From positions 2,666,001 through 2,730,000 of the forward strand of contig JAMWBK010000001.1 of the NCBI GenBank assembly GCA_029953675.1: 64,000 bases of DNA, read 5' to 3'. The DNA comes from Rhodosorus marinus CCMP1338. Its lineage: Eukaryota > Plantae > Rhodophyta. Below, in pieces: positions 51,500 through 64,000 of this stretch; position 1 is the stretch's first letter; each line of letters starts with the position of its first letter. The translations under genes and the position numbers were made by a program. The notes beneath the pieces were generated by a model that saw only the letters and a program-made list of their open reading frames with translations, made no database searches and was not told the origin of the DNA.

Positions 51500-52700
51500 C
51501 CTTGATTTTATTATCTGAAGAGCTCATCTTCACGCTCGTTTACCTAAGCTAACGATATCTTCGCAGAGCGAGTCGGTTCCTTGCCCGTCACCGCCTCGGT
51601 CAACGGCTAGGTTTACTACACGAGGTTTGCAGTTCCTTTACAGGGTAGCTAGCCCTCTAGTGTTGCTCCGGTCCTGAGGTGCTAACGAGTTCCCTCGACC
51701 AGGAAAGGTACCCGATTTCAAGTGGGAGTAGCTCATCACGTTGCGGGAATATAATAGCAGAGCACGAAAGTTTTGTGGTCGCGAAGTGTCCTCGGGCTGC
51801 ACCTAGCTTCACGCTGGTATACTGCTAACTTTGCTAGACCGGAAGCGAGCGATTTTCCTGAAGGCGTTTGAAGGCGGCGTTCTGACCCGCTGACTCGACT
51901 GCCAGAGCTCGTAATTCTGTCGCTGAGGGATGAGAGAGCGGCGGTCAAGAGTCCGCAAAATTCATCGAGTCACGTGCAGATATCCGTCCTGTGCCGGAGA
52001 CCCTTGGTTGGCGCTCTCAGGCCTCAGTGACAGGCGAACTGCGCCGTTCGATATCGTATGAGAGACGGTTACGAGGTCTAGCAGTCGAGTCCGTCAGTCA
52101 GAACACCCCCATCAGGAAATCGCCCTGGGTCGTCGGCTTCGGTCCATCACCGTACAGCAGCGTGAACCTTGACAAGCCAGGTATCCTTTTAGCTAGAGCA
52201 GGACGAAGGTGGGGTTCACTGAGACGCTTGCATTCGCTTGCATTCTGAGTTTCTACTCCTCTCCATGACTATAAGGTTACACGATGTGCTTTCAGTCCTG
52301 GTCAACCCAAACCAGGTTCACCGGCCAGTTTGGCTGGCCTGTTCGTCGCGATGAGTCCCGTTCTTCGACGAGGGTCAGTCCCGGGCGGTTTGGTCAGTCA
52401 AACCCTTTCTTTTAAGTAGTAGCCATGTCTGGTCATCCGGTCCATCAGCAGTAGTGGCTAGCTCAAAAACCTCAGCTATAGGACTATGGCAGCTTGTTTG
52501 CCCAACAGGGTGGAACCTTCGGGTGCCAGGAGTCCAGCTCGAGTCGAAGAAAGCCAGGGTTGTACTTTGACCCGAGCACCTCAATAGGAGCTGAAGCAAT
52601 TTTGGTGTGCGTGGCAGGCCCAACCGACGGCAGTGACTTTCGTTTAAGAACGAACCCGATGCGTGTATGGCATTTGGCGGTACAGGTCAAATCTAAATAA
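51500..52700. pseudogene. Coding-like segment without intact ORF
   Basis: ~52% GC block between ELP4 and the kinase 3' end; only short ORFs. Confidence 0.3.
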
Positions 52701-52795
52701 GAATGGTGTGTTGAAGAAGAATACGCGAAAGGCCCTTGGAAGAGCTTTTCTCGTTTCGAGATCCCCCCATTGGGAAGTGTTGGGGTTCCGAGCAC

Positions 52796-54439
52796 TCAGT
52801 CCTCGACAATGACAAGATGTGCCGGCATTTGACCTGGTTCCGCTGGTTTTTCATCTTCGACGACGACGACATGCGGCGGCATTTCACCCGGCTGCATCGG
52901 TTTGTCACCTTCCACAGCGGCGGCAGGTTTCCTGGGCGAAGCAGGCCCGTCATCCATACCTTCCAGGTCGTCTCTGAGCTGATCAAGAACCTCATCGAGG
53001 TTGATGGTGTACTCCAGGTCGTCCTTATGCGCCTCGTGAACTTTCTCAGCGAGCATGTTGAACCCGTTGGATTTGAGGTCGAGGTAAAAGTTCTCAATTG
53101 TCGTAATCGTCGGGGCTGACATCTCCAGACCATCCGTTAGGCTCGAGGCGGACTTGGTCAGGGACTTGGTGAGTGGCTTGGTAAAGGACTTCGAAAACGA
53201 CTTTGTCTCCGCCTGGAAATCAATCATCCATGCTTCCAAAGCCACGATGTTATCCAGAAGATCCTCTTGCTCCTCCGCCGTCCGCAGACTCTCGACGAGG
53301 CGGTTCTGGACCTCCAGCCTCTTGCTCTTATCGTTCGTCGTCTTCGTAAGCTCCTTGTGCCGAGCGAGAATGGCATTCTTTGATGATGGATGGTCGGCAT
53401 CGAGCTTTAGGAAAGCCTGGCTCCTGCATTTCGCCGCTGTGAACCTCGCGTTTGGATTCGAGGTGATCATCTTCGAGATCAGCTTTGCCGAGTTATCGCA
53501 GAACGGAGGGTTCTTGCACTTGTAGTATTCTCCTTTCAAAAGCTTCTGATAGCCCTGCTCGGAGTACCTGAGAATCCAAGGTAGAACAAGGTTGGGACGC
53601 GTTTCAGACCCCTCGTAGGTTGGGATGGCATGATAGGGACAAGCGCTCCTCACCCAAACGGATAACCGCCAGATATTAACAGGTAGGACATCACCCCTAG
53701 ACTGAAGATATCCGCTTTGTGATCATATCGCTCGCCTCTTTCAATCTCAGGCGCCGCATTGAAAGTTGTACCAGCATATCCTTCAGTAGTTTTTCCCTTC
53801 CCAAGGAAGAGCGAGTTTCCAAAGTCTATGAGCTTCACTGGGGAGTCAGCAGAGCGAGTTGAGAACATGATATTCTCCTGCTTAATATCCCTGTGAATTA
53901 CGCCCCTGGCGTGGCAATGAGCGATCGCGTCTATTAGCTGCCGTAGAATCTCGGCTATTCTCTGCTGGGTTATGTGGTCCTTGTGCCGCTCCATGTAGTC
54001 GATTAGAGTTCCACCACCACAGTACTCTTGCACCACGTAGATCTTCCTATAAAGGCCCCGAGAACGCGAAGACGCCAAGAAAACCCTGAGTTTCATTCAA
54101 TTCAGCTGGAAGATCAGGAGCTGTGATCACATACGACTTGTCCTCCCAGACTTCATCAACGTAAACAATCCCTGGGTGCCGTCCCAGGATGTTCAACATC
54201 TCCACCTCATGTACAACATCGTCCAGCTGCTCCTTCGACTTAAACTTGCTGATCGACTTTATCGCGTACTTCTTGTCGCCTTTTTCCGCCATCCAAACAT
54301 CTCCTTCAACGCCATCCCCGAGCACCCGTTTGAAGTCGTACACCTGCTTGACATCCCCTTCAATCCTCCTCACATGCGCATGGCTCCCCAAATCAGCATG
54401 GGACAGCACATGCTCTGGCGCCGATGCACATAAACCCAT
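52796..54439 (-). CDS. CAMK-group Ser/Thr kinase, CDPK-related, N-myristoylation signal
   Basis: MGLCAS N-terminus; GDGVEGDV loop, YAIKSI, HRDIKQEN, DFG, GTTFNAAPE, DIFSLGV; two introns; C-terminal degenerate EF-hand-like region. Confidence 0.9.
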
Positions 54440-54999
54440 CTCTAAGCTTCACGCTAAACTTCCTCCCCTAAAACACTGTCCAAAAGCCCAGTCCTCCGTA
54501 CTCCATCCCCCCCCGGGCCAGAACTTCTCGAACTCCATTCACTATATAGTCAATATGATACCCGAAAGCCTTTCGCCATCCTCAATAAGCAATCCCACAG
54601 TCACCGGACCTTCAATTTACAATTAATCGTCACCTTCACAAACACAATTTCTAAATATATTTACAAACTTTTATTACCTTAATTAATATACTACGGAATT
54701 AATTTTTAAGCAATACAATATGACAATAAACGGTATTTTTATTCTCTCCGCGTGAGCAAAAGATGGTGGAAAGGAAATCCAACTGACGAATGAAAACGCT
54801 TGATGATGAATATATGTCAATATTGGTTTATTTTCTATTCATTATGAAAACTAATTAACGAATTATCAATTGCTAACCACAAGAATTAACCAATGGTAGG
54901 GAGCTAAAAGGGTTTGTGTATTATTTATTTGTTTTATTTTGGATTTTGGATCGGGATGGTTTCTCGGTTTTTAGAGGTACTGAGTCATTTTTGATGAGC

Positions 55000-56100
55000 G
55001 AGGAGTATTTTTAAAGTGTTTTTCAAGTGAGAAATCTGACATCATGTTGAGAAGTTTTGTGGAGCACTAGAGGTCGATGTGGACATTGGCTGACGACATA
55101 GCAGGAGGCAGCGGTTGTGGGATATTTTCAATGATGACAGAGTTAAGACGGGCTCTGGAATCGGATCTCTTCTGAGCACGTACGGGGGCTGTAGTTGGGA
55201 TGCGATTCGATAGAGTTGAATGGGTCGCGCTGTTTAGCACGGAGTTTTTCAGACTACAACGGATCCCTCCCCCCCTCCCCCCCCACAGCTAGCAAGGGCA
55301 GCAACACAGGCTAGAGTTGGCCGTGCTCGGGAGAGCAGTTAGACCCCCCTTAAGGTGACTAGGAGCCTCTATTGCAGCTGTATCTGGTGCCAAGATTTCA
55401 GTGGGGTTGGGATGGGTGGGGCTTCAGTTCTACGAAGGCGGCTGGTTCCGGTGGGAATTCAACTAGAGATATTGAGAATCTCTTTGAGCTCTAGCACTGC
55501 CTCCAAGTCTTACCAGACAATTATTCCTGTAAGAGAACAAAGTCTCCACTGTTGATCTCCTACGCCATATTTCTGGAGCTACGCCCAAGCCCGAATTTTC
55601 CGGGAGACGAATATGCTCTAAAATCTGATTGAAAGCTATGTATACGCTCAACGCAAGGGTCGTCATATCCTACGCGTGAAGATTAGTGGTTGACCCTGAG
55701 CTTGAGATCTCCAAGACAAATTGTTCCACCGTCCTCCCCACCATTCCGAGAGCAGAAGATCGGATAGGCACCAGCCTAGAAGCCAGGGAGGTCGATAGAC
55801 GATTTACAATTCTGGCAAGGAAGGACACTTTGAAGCAGTAGACAAGCGCCTGAGTTCCAGAGTCCAATAAGGGCAAATTGGGGTCGACGACAAGGCGGTG
55901 AGACTATTCCACGAAGGGAGATGTAAAAATGCAGCCACTAGGACGTGAAATCAGACGAGCGCGTAGAATTACCAACGGAACCTCCGAAAGCCTCATCGTT
56001 AGGTCCTAGTCGAGACATCGGAAACTGCCTCAACTCGCGCGTGGCGTTCCCCTCAACAGCCGTTAAATATCAGTATGACCTCATTGGTGCGTCACTGATT
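55000..56100. pseudogene. Coding-like segment without intact ORF
   Basis: Interrupted protein-like frames (e.g. LVVDPELEISKTNCSTVLPTIPRAEDRIGTSLEAREVDRRFTILARKDTLKQ*) between two AT-rich spacers. Confidence 0.3.
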
Positions 56101-56649
56101 AGGTGTTCAAATACCCAATAAATGATTCGTGCATTAAAGACGCGTGCTTCTATATAATTAGATAAAATATGAATCTAGACAGCTGGCACTTATTTATTAG
56201 CTTAAAGTTTATGTACATCTATATAAAAACTTGCTTTCCCTATGGATATCAATAATTACCATTTTTCATATCCCTTACGGTGACCCCAGTCCATTTCAGA
56301 ACAGAGGAACGGGTCACAACCCTTCCCCCCCCCCCTTTTGAAAATCTTCAACAAGGGCGATGATAGAACTACAGTCCCCCCCTTACACATGATGAATTTT
56401 ATATTCATTTTTGGCGGCCAATCCGCATCCCCGAGCACCCCACCAATGTTACGGAAGCACCCACCGCTTCCTCTCACCCCCCCTCTCCAATGGTGCGACT
56501 ATAACCTTCAAAAAAAAAAGCAACGGACGTATTCTTACTTTAGAATAGTTAAGCTCTAAATATATTCATAATCTTGAAGAAAAAACAGCCACCCCGTCAG
56601 GATCAGATTACCGTGTTCCGCATATTAATGAATAAGGAAATATATTTAG

Positions 56650-56681
56650 AATACAGCTGTCCTTATTGGGACAGCTGTATT
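56650..56681. promoter_or_regulatory. Perfect 13-bp inverted repeat with CAGCTG in each arm
   Basis: aatacagctgtcc-ttattg-ggacagctgtatt, about 400 bp upstream of cytochrome c1. Confidence 0.55.
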
Positions 56682-57079
56682 GGAAAAGAATGGCCTTTCA
56701 TTTTGGATCAATATTCTTGATTTGGAATAGTTCGATCGTTAATTTGTTTTTAATTGATAAAAATTATACATTTTAGAAAAAAAACCTTTTTTCTGGGAGG
56801 AGCTCCCTGTGGGGCCTTCCGATGAGGATGCCCATCCGTTTGGGGAGAGAGATTGGGACGGGAGGATAGAGGAGGAAGGATCGGAGAGTAGGGAGGGAGA
56901 AGGGGATGCTCAGGTGGACTATATGGGATGGGAGATAGTGTTTTTGAAATATTTATAAGAGGAAGTGAGAAAGGCCATTCTCAGCTCTTGTGAGAGCGGA
57001 AGATCTGGGATAGCGGTGGTGGGGTGGGGCGGGAGGAGGGGGAGGGGGAGGGGTTTGAGATTTTGGTTAGGGATCTGAA

Positions 57080-58171
57080 ATGTCTTCGCTGGGTAAGCTT
57101 GTGGGGAGAGGGTTGGCTGTCGCTGGTATTGGAGCTGCTGGTGTAGTTGGATACGGTGTTTATTCGCCTGTTTATGCGAACGATGAAGTCTTACACCCTC
57201 CGGCGTATGCTTGGGAGCACATTGGGCCGTTTCAAAAGTTCGATGCTCGTGCGATTCGCCGAGGGTACGAAGTTTACAAGAACGTGTGTTCTTCTTGTCA
57301 CTCTATGAAGTTCCTTCATTATCGTAATTTGGTTGGAGTAGCGTTCACTGAAGATGAGGCGAAGATTCTCGCCGCTGATACGGAGGTCGAGGACGGACCG
57401 AACGATGAGGGTGAAATGTTTACGAGACCTGGACGCTTGTCCGATAAGTTTCCCGACCCTTATGCTAACGAGGAGGCCGCCAGATACGCAAACAACGGTA
57501 GGCCAATGAACAAGTCTCCATAGCAACTTCGGGCGCTAAGCTCACTGATGGGCGCTTCTTTTCTCCTGTTGTTCTCAGGTGCTCTGCCTCCAGATCTTTC
57601 TTGCGTCGTCAAAGCGCGTGAAGCGAAGGAGGACTACATATTTGCCCTTCTCACAGGATACAGAGACCCTCCAGATGGTGTAGTTGTGAGGGAGGGTCTT
57701 CACTATAATCCTTATTTCACCGGCGGTGGTATTGCAATGGCTCGAGCATTGTACGACGGAGGTAATATTTTGGATTCCGAAGAGGTATAACCGCTTGTAG
57801 TTTGAATTTTTTTTGACGCGAAATCTGTGGCTTCCTAATTATTAGGTGTCGATTACGACGATGGAACGCCCGCTACGACGTCTCAGATGGCAAAGGACGT
57901 ATCCGTCTTCCTAACATGGGCATCCAACCCTGAGCACGACGTGAAGAAGCAGTGGGGTTCTCATGTATGTAGATAAAAACTCCTTCTCAGATGAGAATTT
58001 GGATTGGGGTGCTGAAGTTTTTCTCCTTGGTCGTTCTGTCTTTATTGCGTTTGCCCTTATTCCTAGATGCTTATGACGCTCGCAGTTTTCACGCCGTTCA
58101 TCATCTGGTTTAAGCGCTTCAGGTTCAGCCCGTACAAGTACAAGAGGCTCGTGTTCAGAGACCAGTGGTAG
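57080..58171 (+). CDS. CYC1: Mitochondrial cytochrome c1
   Basis: [18 protein letters not shown] (CxxCH), [56 protein letters not shown]-terminal TM then KRFRFSPYK; 4 exons. Confidence 0.97.
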
Positions 58172-58834
58172 AGCTGCGCCACGCGCTGGCGGATCTCTAA
58201 CTGTCGGGTGTAAAATCAGACGGATGTCGAGAGAAAGCACAAGAACAGGGCTGTGGAATTCGTAGGGTTCGAAGCGCACCTTGTCGGTTCTCAGTTTTCT
58301 GTTCCTCAGTCGTAGTAGATCCACGGACCATGCAAGCAATTTCACTTTCACAGGGCCTGGAGAGAATTGATATATCTTGTTTTTCTACCAAGTTAAACCG
58401 AACGCAAGTTTTGAACGTAAGTGGAAGAGTATCACAAGCGCTGGGCGAGTTCCCAATACAAACAATCGAGGAAAGCTGCTGAAAGCTGGTTGACCTCGAG
58501 CAGTAGCGAAGTGGAAAAGTTTTGCCATCACCGCACAGCTCAAGAGTTCGAAGATACGAAACGAAGAAGCAGCTCGTGAACGCAGGTGCTTGGTAAAGAT
58601 TTGTAGCTCGTACCTGTAGCACGAGTCCAGCAGAGCTTCCAACGACACGTAGCATCAGCAACCGGGTTGGCACATGGGTGCTTGATCAGATTCAAGGAAT
58701 CTATCTGTTGGAGACGTGTATTCTGCAAGCTTGATCTCCTTCCTGGTTAACTTCTAGAGACCCCCGCTGGCCAAGCGACTGGGCGTCGCAAAAGCTCAGC
58801 AGGGTTGGGCGGTGGTGCCATCAGCCGCACGCCG

Positions 58835-60531
58835 TTAGAGTCGTCGACGTTTTATAGGAGGATCACCACTCTTCGAATTGCCCTTCTTCTTCGAATTAGA
58901 TGAGATCCTGTTTGCCTGGATCTCGTAGGCTACTTTCATTTTTTGCATGTTCTGCTTGGACGCCACAGCGTGATCGACTATCGGCATTGGGTAGTCCTTC
59001 CCGATTACACACCCGGCTCTCATCTGGACTTCTTTGGGAGCGGTCCAAGGCTCGTAGATGTATTTGTGTGGCATGTTCTTCAAGACCGGTAGGTACTTCC
59101 TGATATAGTCCCCATTGGGATCGGTCTGTAGGTATGGTAAGCTGACGGTCAGAGAAGGATCTGACGTTCACAAGGCGCTTCTTGTGATCTCACCTTCTTC
59201 CCGAAGGAGATGGGGCTATACACTCTGAAGTACTGGTAGAAAAAAGCGCTAGAAGAGAGCCACAACCAGTTGGAGATGTTGAGGCTCCAATCTCCATCGA
59301 GAAGATACTTCTCGAAGACGCTTGCGCCCTGCTCCCAACTCTGCCATAGGTCGCCTCGGGTCAAAAAGCAAGCCACCGCATGTCGCGCAAGGTGGTGTAT
59401 CCAACCTTCCATCCTAAGCTGAGCCATGATCGCGTCAATGAAGGGATATCCAGTTCGAGAGTACTCCCAAGCATCTAGGAGCTCGTCATTTCTGTCCCAG
59501 GGGATCTGCTTGCAAATTGCGTTGCCCTCCATCCGCCCAAAGTTGTCCGTGGTGTAGCCTACCGCGTGAAAGTACTCACGAAAGAGAAGCTGACCGTGGA
59601 GCGAGACTGGCGGGACAGAGTGTTTGGGGTGTCTGGCGTAGATATCCGCGAGTCGATGCCAGAAGACTTTGGGCGATAAGCACCCCATCGCCAGGTAAGG
59701 GCTGAGCACGGTCGTCGATGGGTCCAAGGAGTTAGGCGATGTCTTAGGCTTTTCAAAGTTGGCTACCCATTTAGGATCAGAAAGCGATGTCTCGAGGCGC
59801 TTCAACGCCTCGGTCTCTCCGCCAGGAAACAGGAGAGGGGTGTTGGCCACGTACTCGTTCGTATCGATCCACTGTTTGTGCTCCTCGGAGATCAGATTCT
59901 CGTCGGGCCCAGGAATCGGACCTTCCGGCAGCGCAACAGGCTTGGCAACCCGCCCAGCTTGTGCTGTAAGTTTCTGAAATCCGTTGTAGGTGAGCGGAAT
60001 TCGTCCACCGCTCTTGTCCTTCAACATGTCCAGGTCGTAGAGGGTCTTCGAATGCTGCACATAAACTTCCACACCTTGCTCCATGGCAAACTTGTTTACT
60101 AGCGCATCCCTCTCCATACTATAGGGAGCGACATCCTTTTCGTAGGTGAGGACGCCGATCCTCCATTCCGTGAGCAGCTGAGGAATGACCTTGACTGGAT
60201 CACCGAGGGCGACAATCAGTCTAGATCCTCTCTGCCGCAGACTGTCATCCAAATCACGCAGACAATCATGAAGAAACCTATGCCTTGCTGCGCTCATCCG
60301 TACGTTGTGAGCTTCATCCCGCGGCAACTCAAACCTCGATCGATCCACCACGAACAGACAGAACAGCCTGCCGCTCGCGGACGACCCCTCCACGCACCGA
60401 CACACAGCATGGTTCAGCGCAGGGTTGTCATGAAGCCGAAGACCATGCCTAAACCAGTGTAAGGCATTGCCTTTAACAATATTTCCAGTACTAGGTGCAC
60501 AAAATCCAGTACTATCAACCATACCGCCCAT
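58835..60531 (-). CDS. UVR3: (6-4) photolyase / animal-type cryptochrome family
   Basis: HWFRHGLRLHDNPAL, TTVLSPYLAMGCLS, GWIHHLARHAVACFLTRGDLW, NWLWLS, YQYFRVYSPISFGKK, PHKYIYEPW; C-terminal basic KRRRL; intron ~59189-59125. Confidence 0.95.
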
Positions 60532-61199
60532 CCTCAATCCTCCCCACAAGCTCCTCTACGTCTGATGTAAGCAGATGGAAACCGGATGACCCAAAGCAAT
60601 ATCGATCTGTGCCAGTTCACCAAGGATGAACGTCAGCTGGTACTGATCCTGGTTATCCATGCACGACATACATATAGAAGGAAGCGCGACGACATTACGG
60701 AAACTGTAATTCAGTATTTCTCGACGTGATAGAATCAGGACGAGAGACATAAGTACCTCACAATGCTGGATGATATCACTGGACGATGGGGGACCGCAAA
60801 AATACCGAAAAAAAGGTCCCTAGATCGCCACCTTCCCTAGCAACATGAGTGAGCCAGGGCTCCACATACATATCTTGTCACCATATTGCTGCTCAGTTAC
60901 TGATCACAGTCATCTTCTTCCTATGACATAATAACAACGGATCAGCCCAAGTTTGCTAGTTCTCAAAAACCACCAATTTCGAAGGTTAAAACTGAAAACC
61001 CTTCAAATGACATCAAAATGGATGTTTCCGGAAACCGGTGAAGTAGACAACAAAACTGCAGGTCAGCAGGAATTTTATAAATTGTGGATAAGTGTCACTT
61101 TAGTGTCAGGAGCATTGGAATTATTTATGTTATATGAAATATCTGAAGGTAAGGATATTGCCCGTCCTTCAACGCCGTTGTGTCTCATGTTAGATCTTT

Positions 61200-61975
61200 G
61201 TCGTACCACTGTTGCTACTAGCTCATCACTGGATTCACCCTACCACCCAACTTATACATCCCATGAAAGTGTGTTGGCTGTGGTCATAAGTGGACTTATC
61301 CCCCGAAACGATGCTCATGTGAAAAAGGGTTAGCCCGGAATGTCGAGGATCCACTTCCTGTTGGTTCCCAGCAAACTCATCAGCCAGTTTAAAAGCTTCC
61401 TGACCTGTATGTATACCACTGCTGGTACTAGCTCATCTCGTGATTCACCTCCCTCCGAAGTCATACACCTCATGACAGTATGTTGGGCGCTCTGTGCTCA
61501 TAAGCGGACTTGAACAGAACGCTGCTCCATGTGAAAAAGTCGTAGTACTGAATGTCGAGGATCCACGATAGCAATTTTCCTGTTGGTTCCCCGCGAGCTC
61601 ATCAGACACTTCAAAGCTTCATGATCTGTTTCGGCCGTATGTGTTAGGAGACCAGCTGGAGGTCGTCAAAGATGGTTCAGCTTTGAAGTGGCTGATGGGT
61701 TTGCGGGGAGCCAGGAGGAAGAATGCTACTGTAGATGATGCTCGACATTCAGGAGTACGAATTTTCACATGGAGCATCGCTCTGGGGTAACTCTTCAGCT
61801 GCTCTCTTAGTACATAGGTAAGAAACAGGTCATCAGGCTTTGGAATGTGACTGATGAGTTTCGTCAGCCACTTTCCAAAGCCTGTTTGTGTATAACCGAC
61901 AGGAAGATTGTTAAGGTGGATGCTCGACTTTAGGAGTATGACTTCTCACAGGGAGCATCGTTCTGGGGTTAGTCC
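61200..61975. repeat. Two ~210-bp direct units followed by ~1.7 inverted units (long imperfect palindrome centred ~61650)
   Basis: Units start at 61203 and 61413; cacttcaaagct (61607-61618) is the exact reverse complement of agctttgaagtg (61679-61690); ctcgac...tcacatggagca inverted copies near 61741 and 61923. Confidence 0.85.
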
Positions 61976-62713
61976 GACTATGGCTACAGCCGATGCAACT
62001 TCAAGGGCATGTGATTTGGAGGTAGGGCGAATCGCTTGGTGAGCTGGTTGCAGCCCACCGTCACCGGTAACTATTTGATTCGGATAGTTTGTTGATGATG
62101 ATTTAGGATTTTTTTGGGGACGTTTGAAGGGTCGGAGTGGTGATTAACCAGGACAAGGGCTCAGCTGCAGCACGAGCTGTCTAGCAGTACATCCAAACTG
62201 GTAAAAAACCCCAGGCGCCAATATTGATCTCTACGTGTCCAAACGCTCGTCCCTTAATTCTCCTAGAGGGCTGCGTGTCGAAGTCTGAAACCCACTCCCG
62301 TGGATTCTCCGGAGGCGAAGTTCCAGCTTAGAGGAATTGTATAGCTCGATCAGTGTACAACGAGTGAACACCATGTTCGCAAGCTTCCCGATATTAAGAA
62401 TGAATGTCCAAGTCTCGCTACGCAGAGGGATCAATCAATCAGCCGACGCCTAATTTACGCATTGCGCAGCATTCCTTAGGGATTTATGATATTATACAAC
62501 TTGTCCAAGCGCCACACGACAGGACAAGCAGACTAAGGCTGATCTTTACTCGCGTTGGACCGCTTTCTCAACTCAGCGTTTCTCCGCTGCCTCTCAAGAG
62601 CTGCTTCCCTATGTAGGGCTATTCTCTTCAGCACATCTGGCGAGAGCCCGGGCCCTGCCTCCGATTTGTTGATCTGCGAAATTTTTTGAGGAGGAACGTC
62701 CAAAACGAATCGA

Positions 62714-64000
62714 TTAGTACAATCGCGCCCTGAAACGGGTGAGGCCGAGACGAATTTCTACCTGTTCATCCTCAACAGAAAGCGCGGGACCTTTGGGAGG
62801 CGCTCCGTCCCCAACAAGCTTGTCATCTTCTCTCACAGGCGATAACCGCTCGTGCCCAGGACCTGCTGCAGCCGCAACTTTCTGGTCGGTGTCTTCACAG
62901 ACGACGATCATATCCTCGTCCGTGATATCGATTAATTCAGTCTTTGGCACCTCAACAGGAGGATCTGGAAGTCCGCAATCTGGTTTCAACTCCTTAGAAT
63001 TCTGTGTGCCTGGACGTTTTTGAAAAGGAAACAACAGTATGAGACCGACCTCAACAGAACACTTTTCTTCGCCAAGATGAGTACCTTGTTCGGAGGTTGC
63101 AAAGTTAGAGCCCTGTGAAGCCGACCGAGGCCGTTTCCTTGACTTCTCCATGGTGGACCGTGCTCTATCAATCAAGGCTTGGAAAGAGTCGTCCGACGGG
63201 TTATCATTACCAGAGGCTTGCGACTGACTGCCCCTCAATAACGGCCCCAGTCGAGCCTCCGCCTTCTGTCCTCTGATGAAAGAATCCTCTTCTCGAACGA
63301 TTTCTCTTCTGATAACATCCTCCTTCTTGCAGTATCCTAGCTGCTTCCACATGTCTACAGTTGCGTTCCTCCTCACGGCTGTACCGAACCAAGCTTGGCG
63401 GTTTCAGATCGGTTTTCGTCGAGCAACGATCGGATAGATTCCTTCACGTACCGTATTCTCTGTAACGATCCTCCAAAACTTGACGACTTCCATGCGTCCG
63501 CAGTCCTAAATCATGAAGCTTCGACCGTACCTGCGTGTCCTTCATCCCCTTGAACCATATCGATTGCTAAGCGAACAACAAGAGATTCAGCTACGGAAGG
63601 AGACTGGAGAGAAAACTCTCTGGATGGTTCTTCTGTACCATTTCTGCTGGCTTTTCGAACGTATAAGATTCAGTTGGTTCCGGAATTCTCGGTGCTTCTC
63701 CAGAACAGTCACGGACATGCTCCTGAAAGTCGTCCACATGAAACGTTAGCCGGCGACTGCTTTCCTGTGAGAGAGCTCATTTACCTTTAGCTGTTCCTTG
63801 CCCGCGAACTGAATATTACAAAGTGGACAAACAGACTTCTCAGAGGTCGCTATACAACCCATGGCGGACAAAGACTTGACTTGCTGCCATCCTTGAAGGA
63901 AAGGAACCAACGGCTTGAGGTTGATGAAGCTGTTGGTGGACTTCACCCTCGTTGGACACGAGGGACACTTATCAGACTTTTGATACCATCGACGGATACA
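62714..64000 (-). CDS. RAD18: RAD18-like RING-UBZ-SAP E3 ubiquitin ligase (5' end outside window)
   Basis: RING end CIRRWYQKSDKCPSC; UBZ-like CPLCNIQF...EHVRDC; SAP QSIWFKGMKDTQVRSKLHDLGLRTHGSRQVLEDRYREY followed by NATVD...REIVREE. Confidence 0.85.

Noticed and set aside
53571-53654. Apparent insertion in the kinase domain (YHAIPTYEGSETRPNLV)
   Set aside because: It is a GT-AG intron; splicing restores PFGYSEQGYQKLL.
61380-61870. Hammerhead-ribozyme-like GAAACAGGTC...CTGATGAG in the 61-kb repeat units (retrozyme hypothesis)
   Set aside because: Stems I and II do not pair consistently in any copy, and the conservation fits a protein-coding frame (KQVIRLWNVTDE) equally well. An Infernal search would settle it.

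Overview
Gene-dense eukaryotic nuclear DNA with short GT-AG introns (mostly about 35-190 nt). It comes from a plastid-bearing organism. Phe-containing N-termini on the Obg and RsmD homologues suggest a red-lineage alga (inference). Recognisable intact genes are: a large ectodomain/TRP-like membrane protein, plastid-type Obg, two PPR-type proteins, an RsmD-like methyltransferase, an inositol polyphosphate kinase, MenB, DNA polymerase lambda, a Slo/BK-type K+ channel, a Yhm2-like mitochondrial carrier, ELP4, a myristoylated CDPK-related kinase, cytochrome c1, a (6-4) photolyase/cryptochrome and RAD18 (5' end outside the window). Three hypothetical genes are also present. The most striking feature is at 27.3-31.8 kb. 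There, a retinoblastoma-related (RBR) pocket-B ORF runs, with no intervening promoter-like DNA, into a BRCT-Pol lambda gene, apparently as one fusion gene. The upstream pocket-A half is broken by stops and a frameshift. Intact genes alternate with about ten stretches of coding-like DNA that lack an intact ORF, suggesting large-scale in situ gene decay. Two arrays with a ~200-bp period (one folded into a long inverted repeat) and several precisely spaced or palindromic promoter motifs are also visible. All calls were made by eye from motifs, without database searches. Exon boundaries are approximate.
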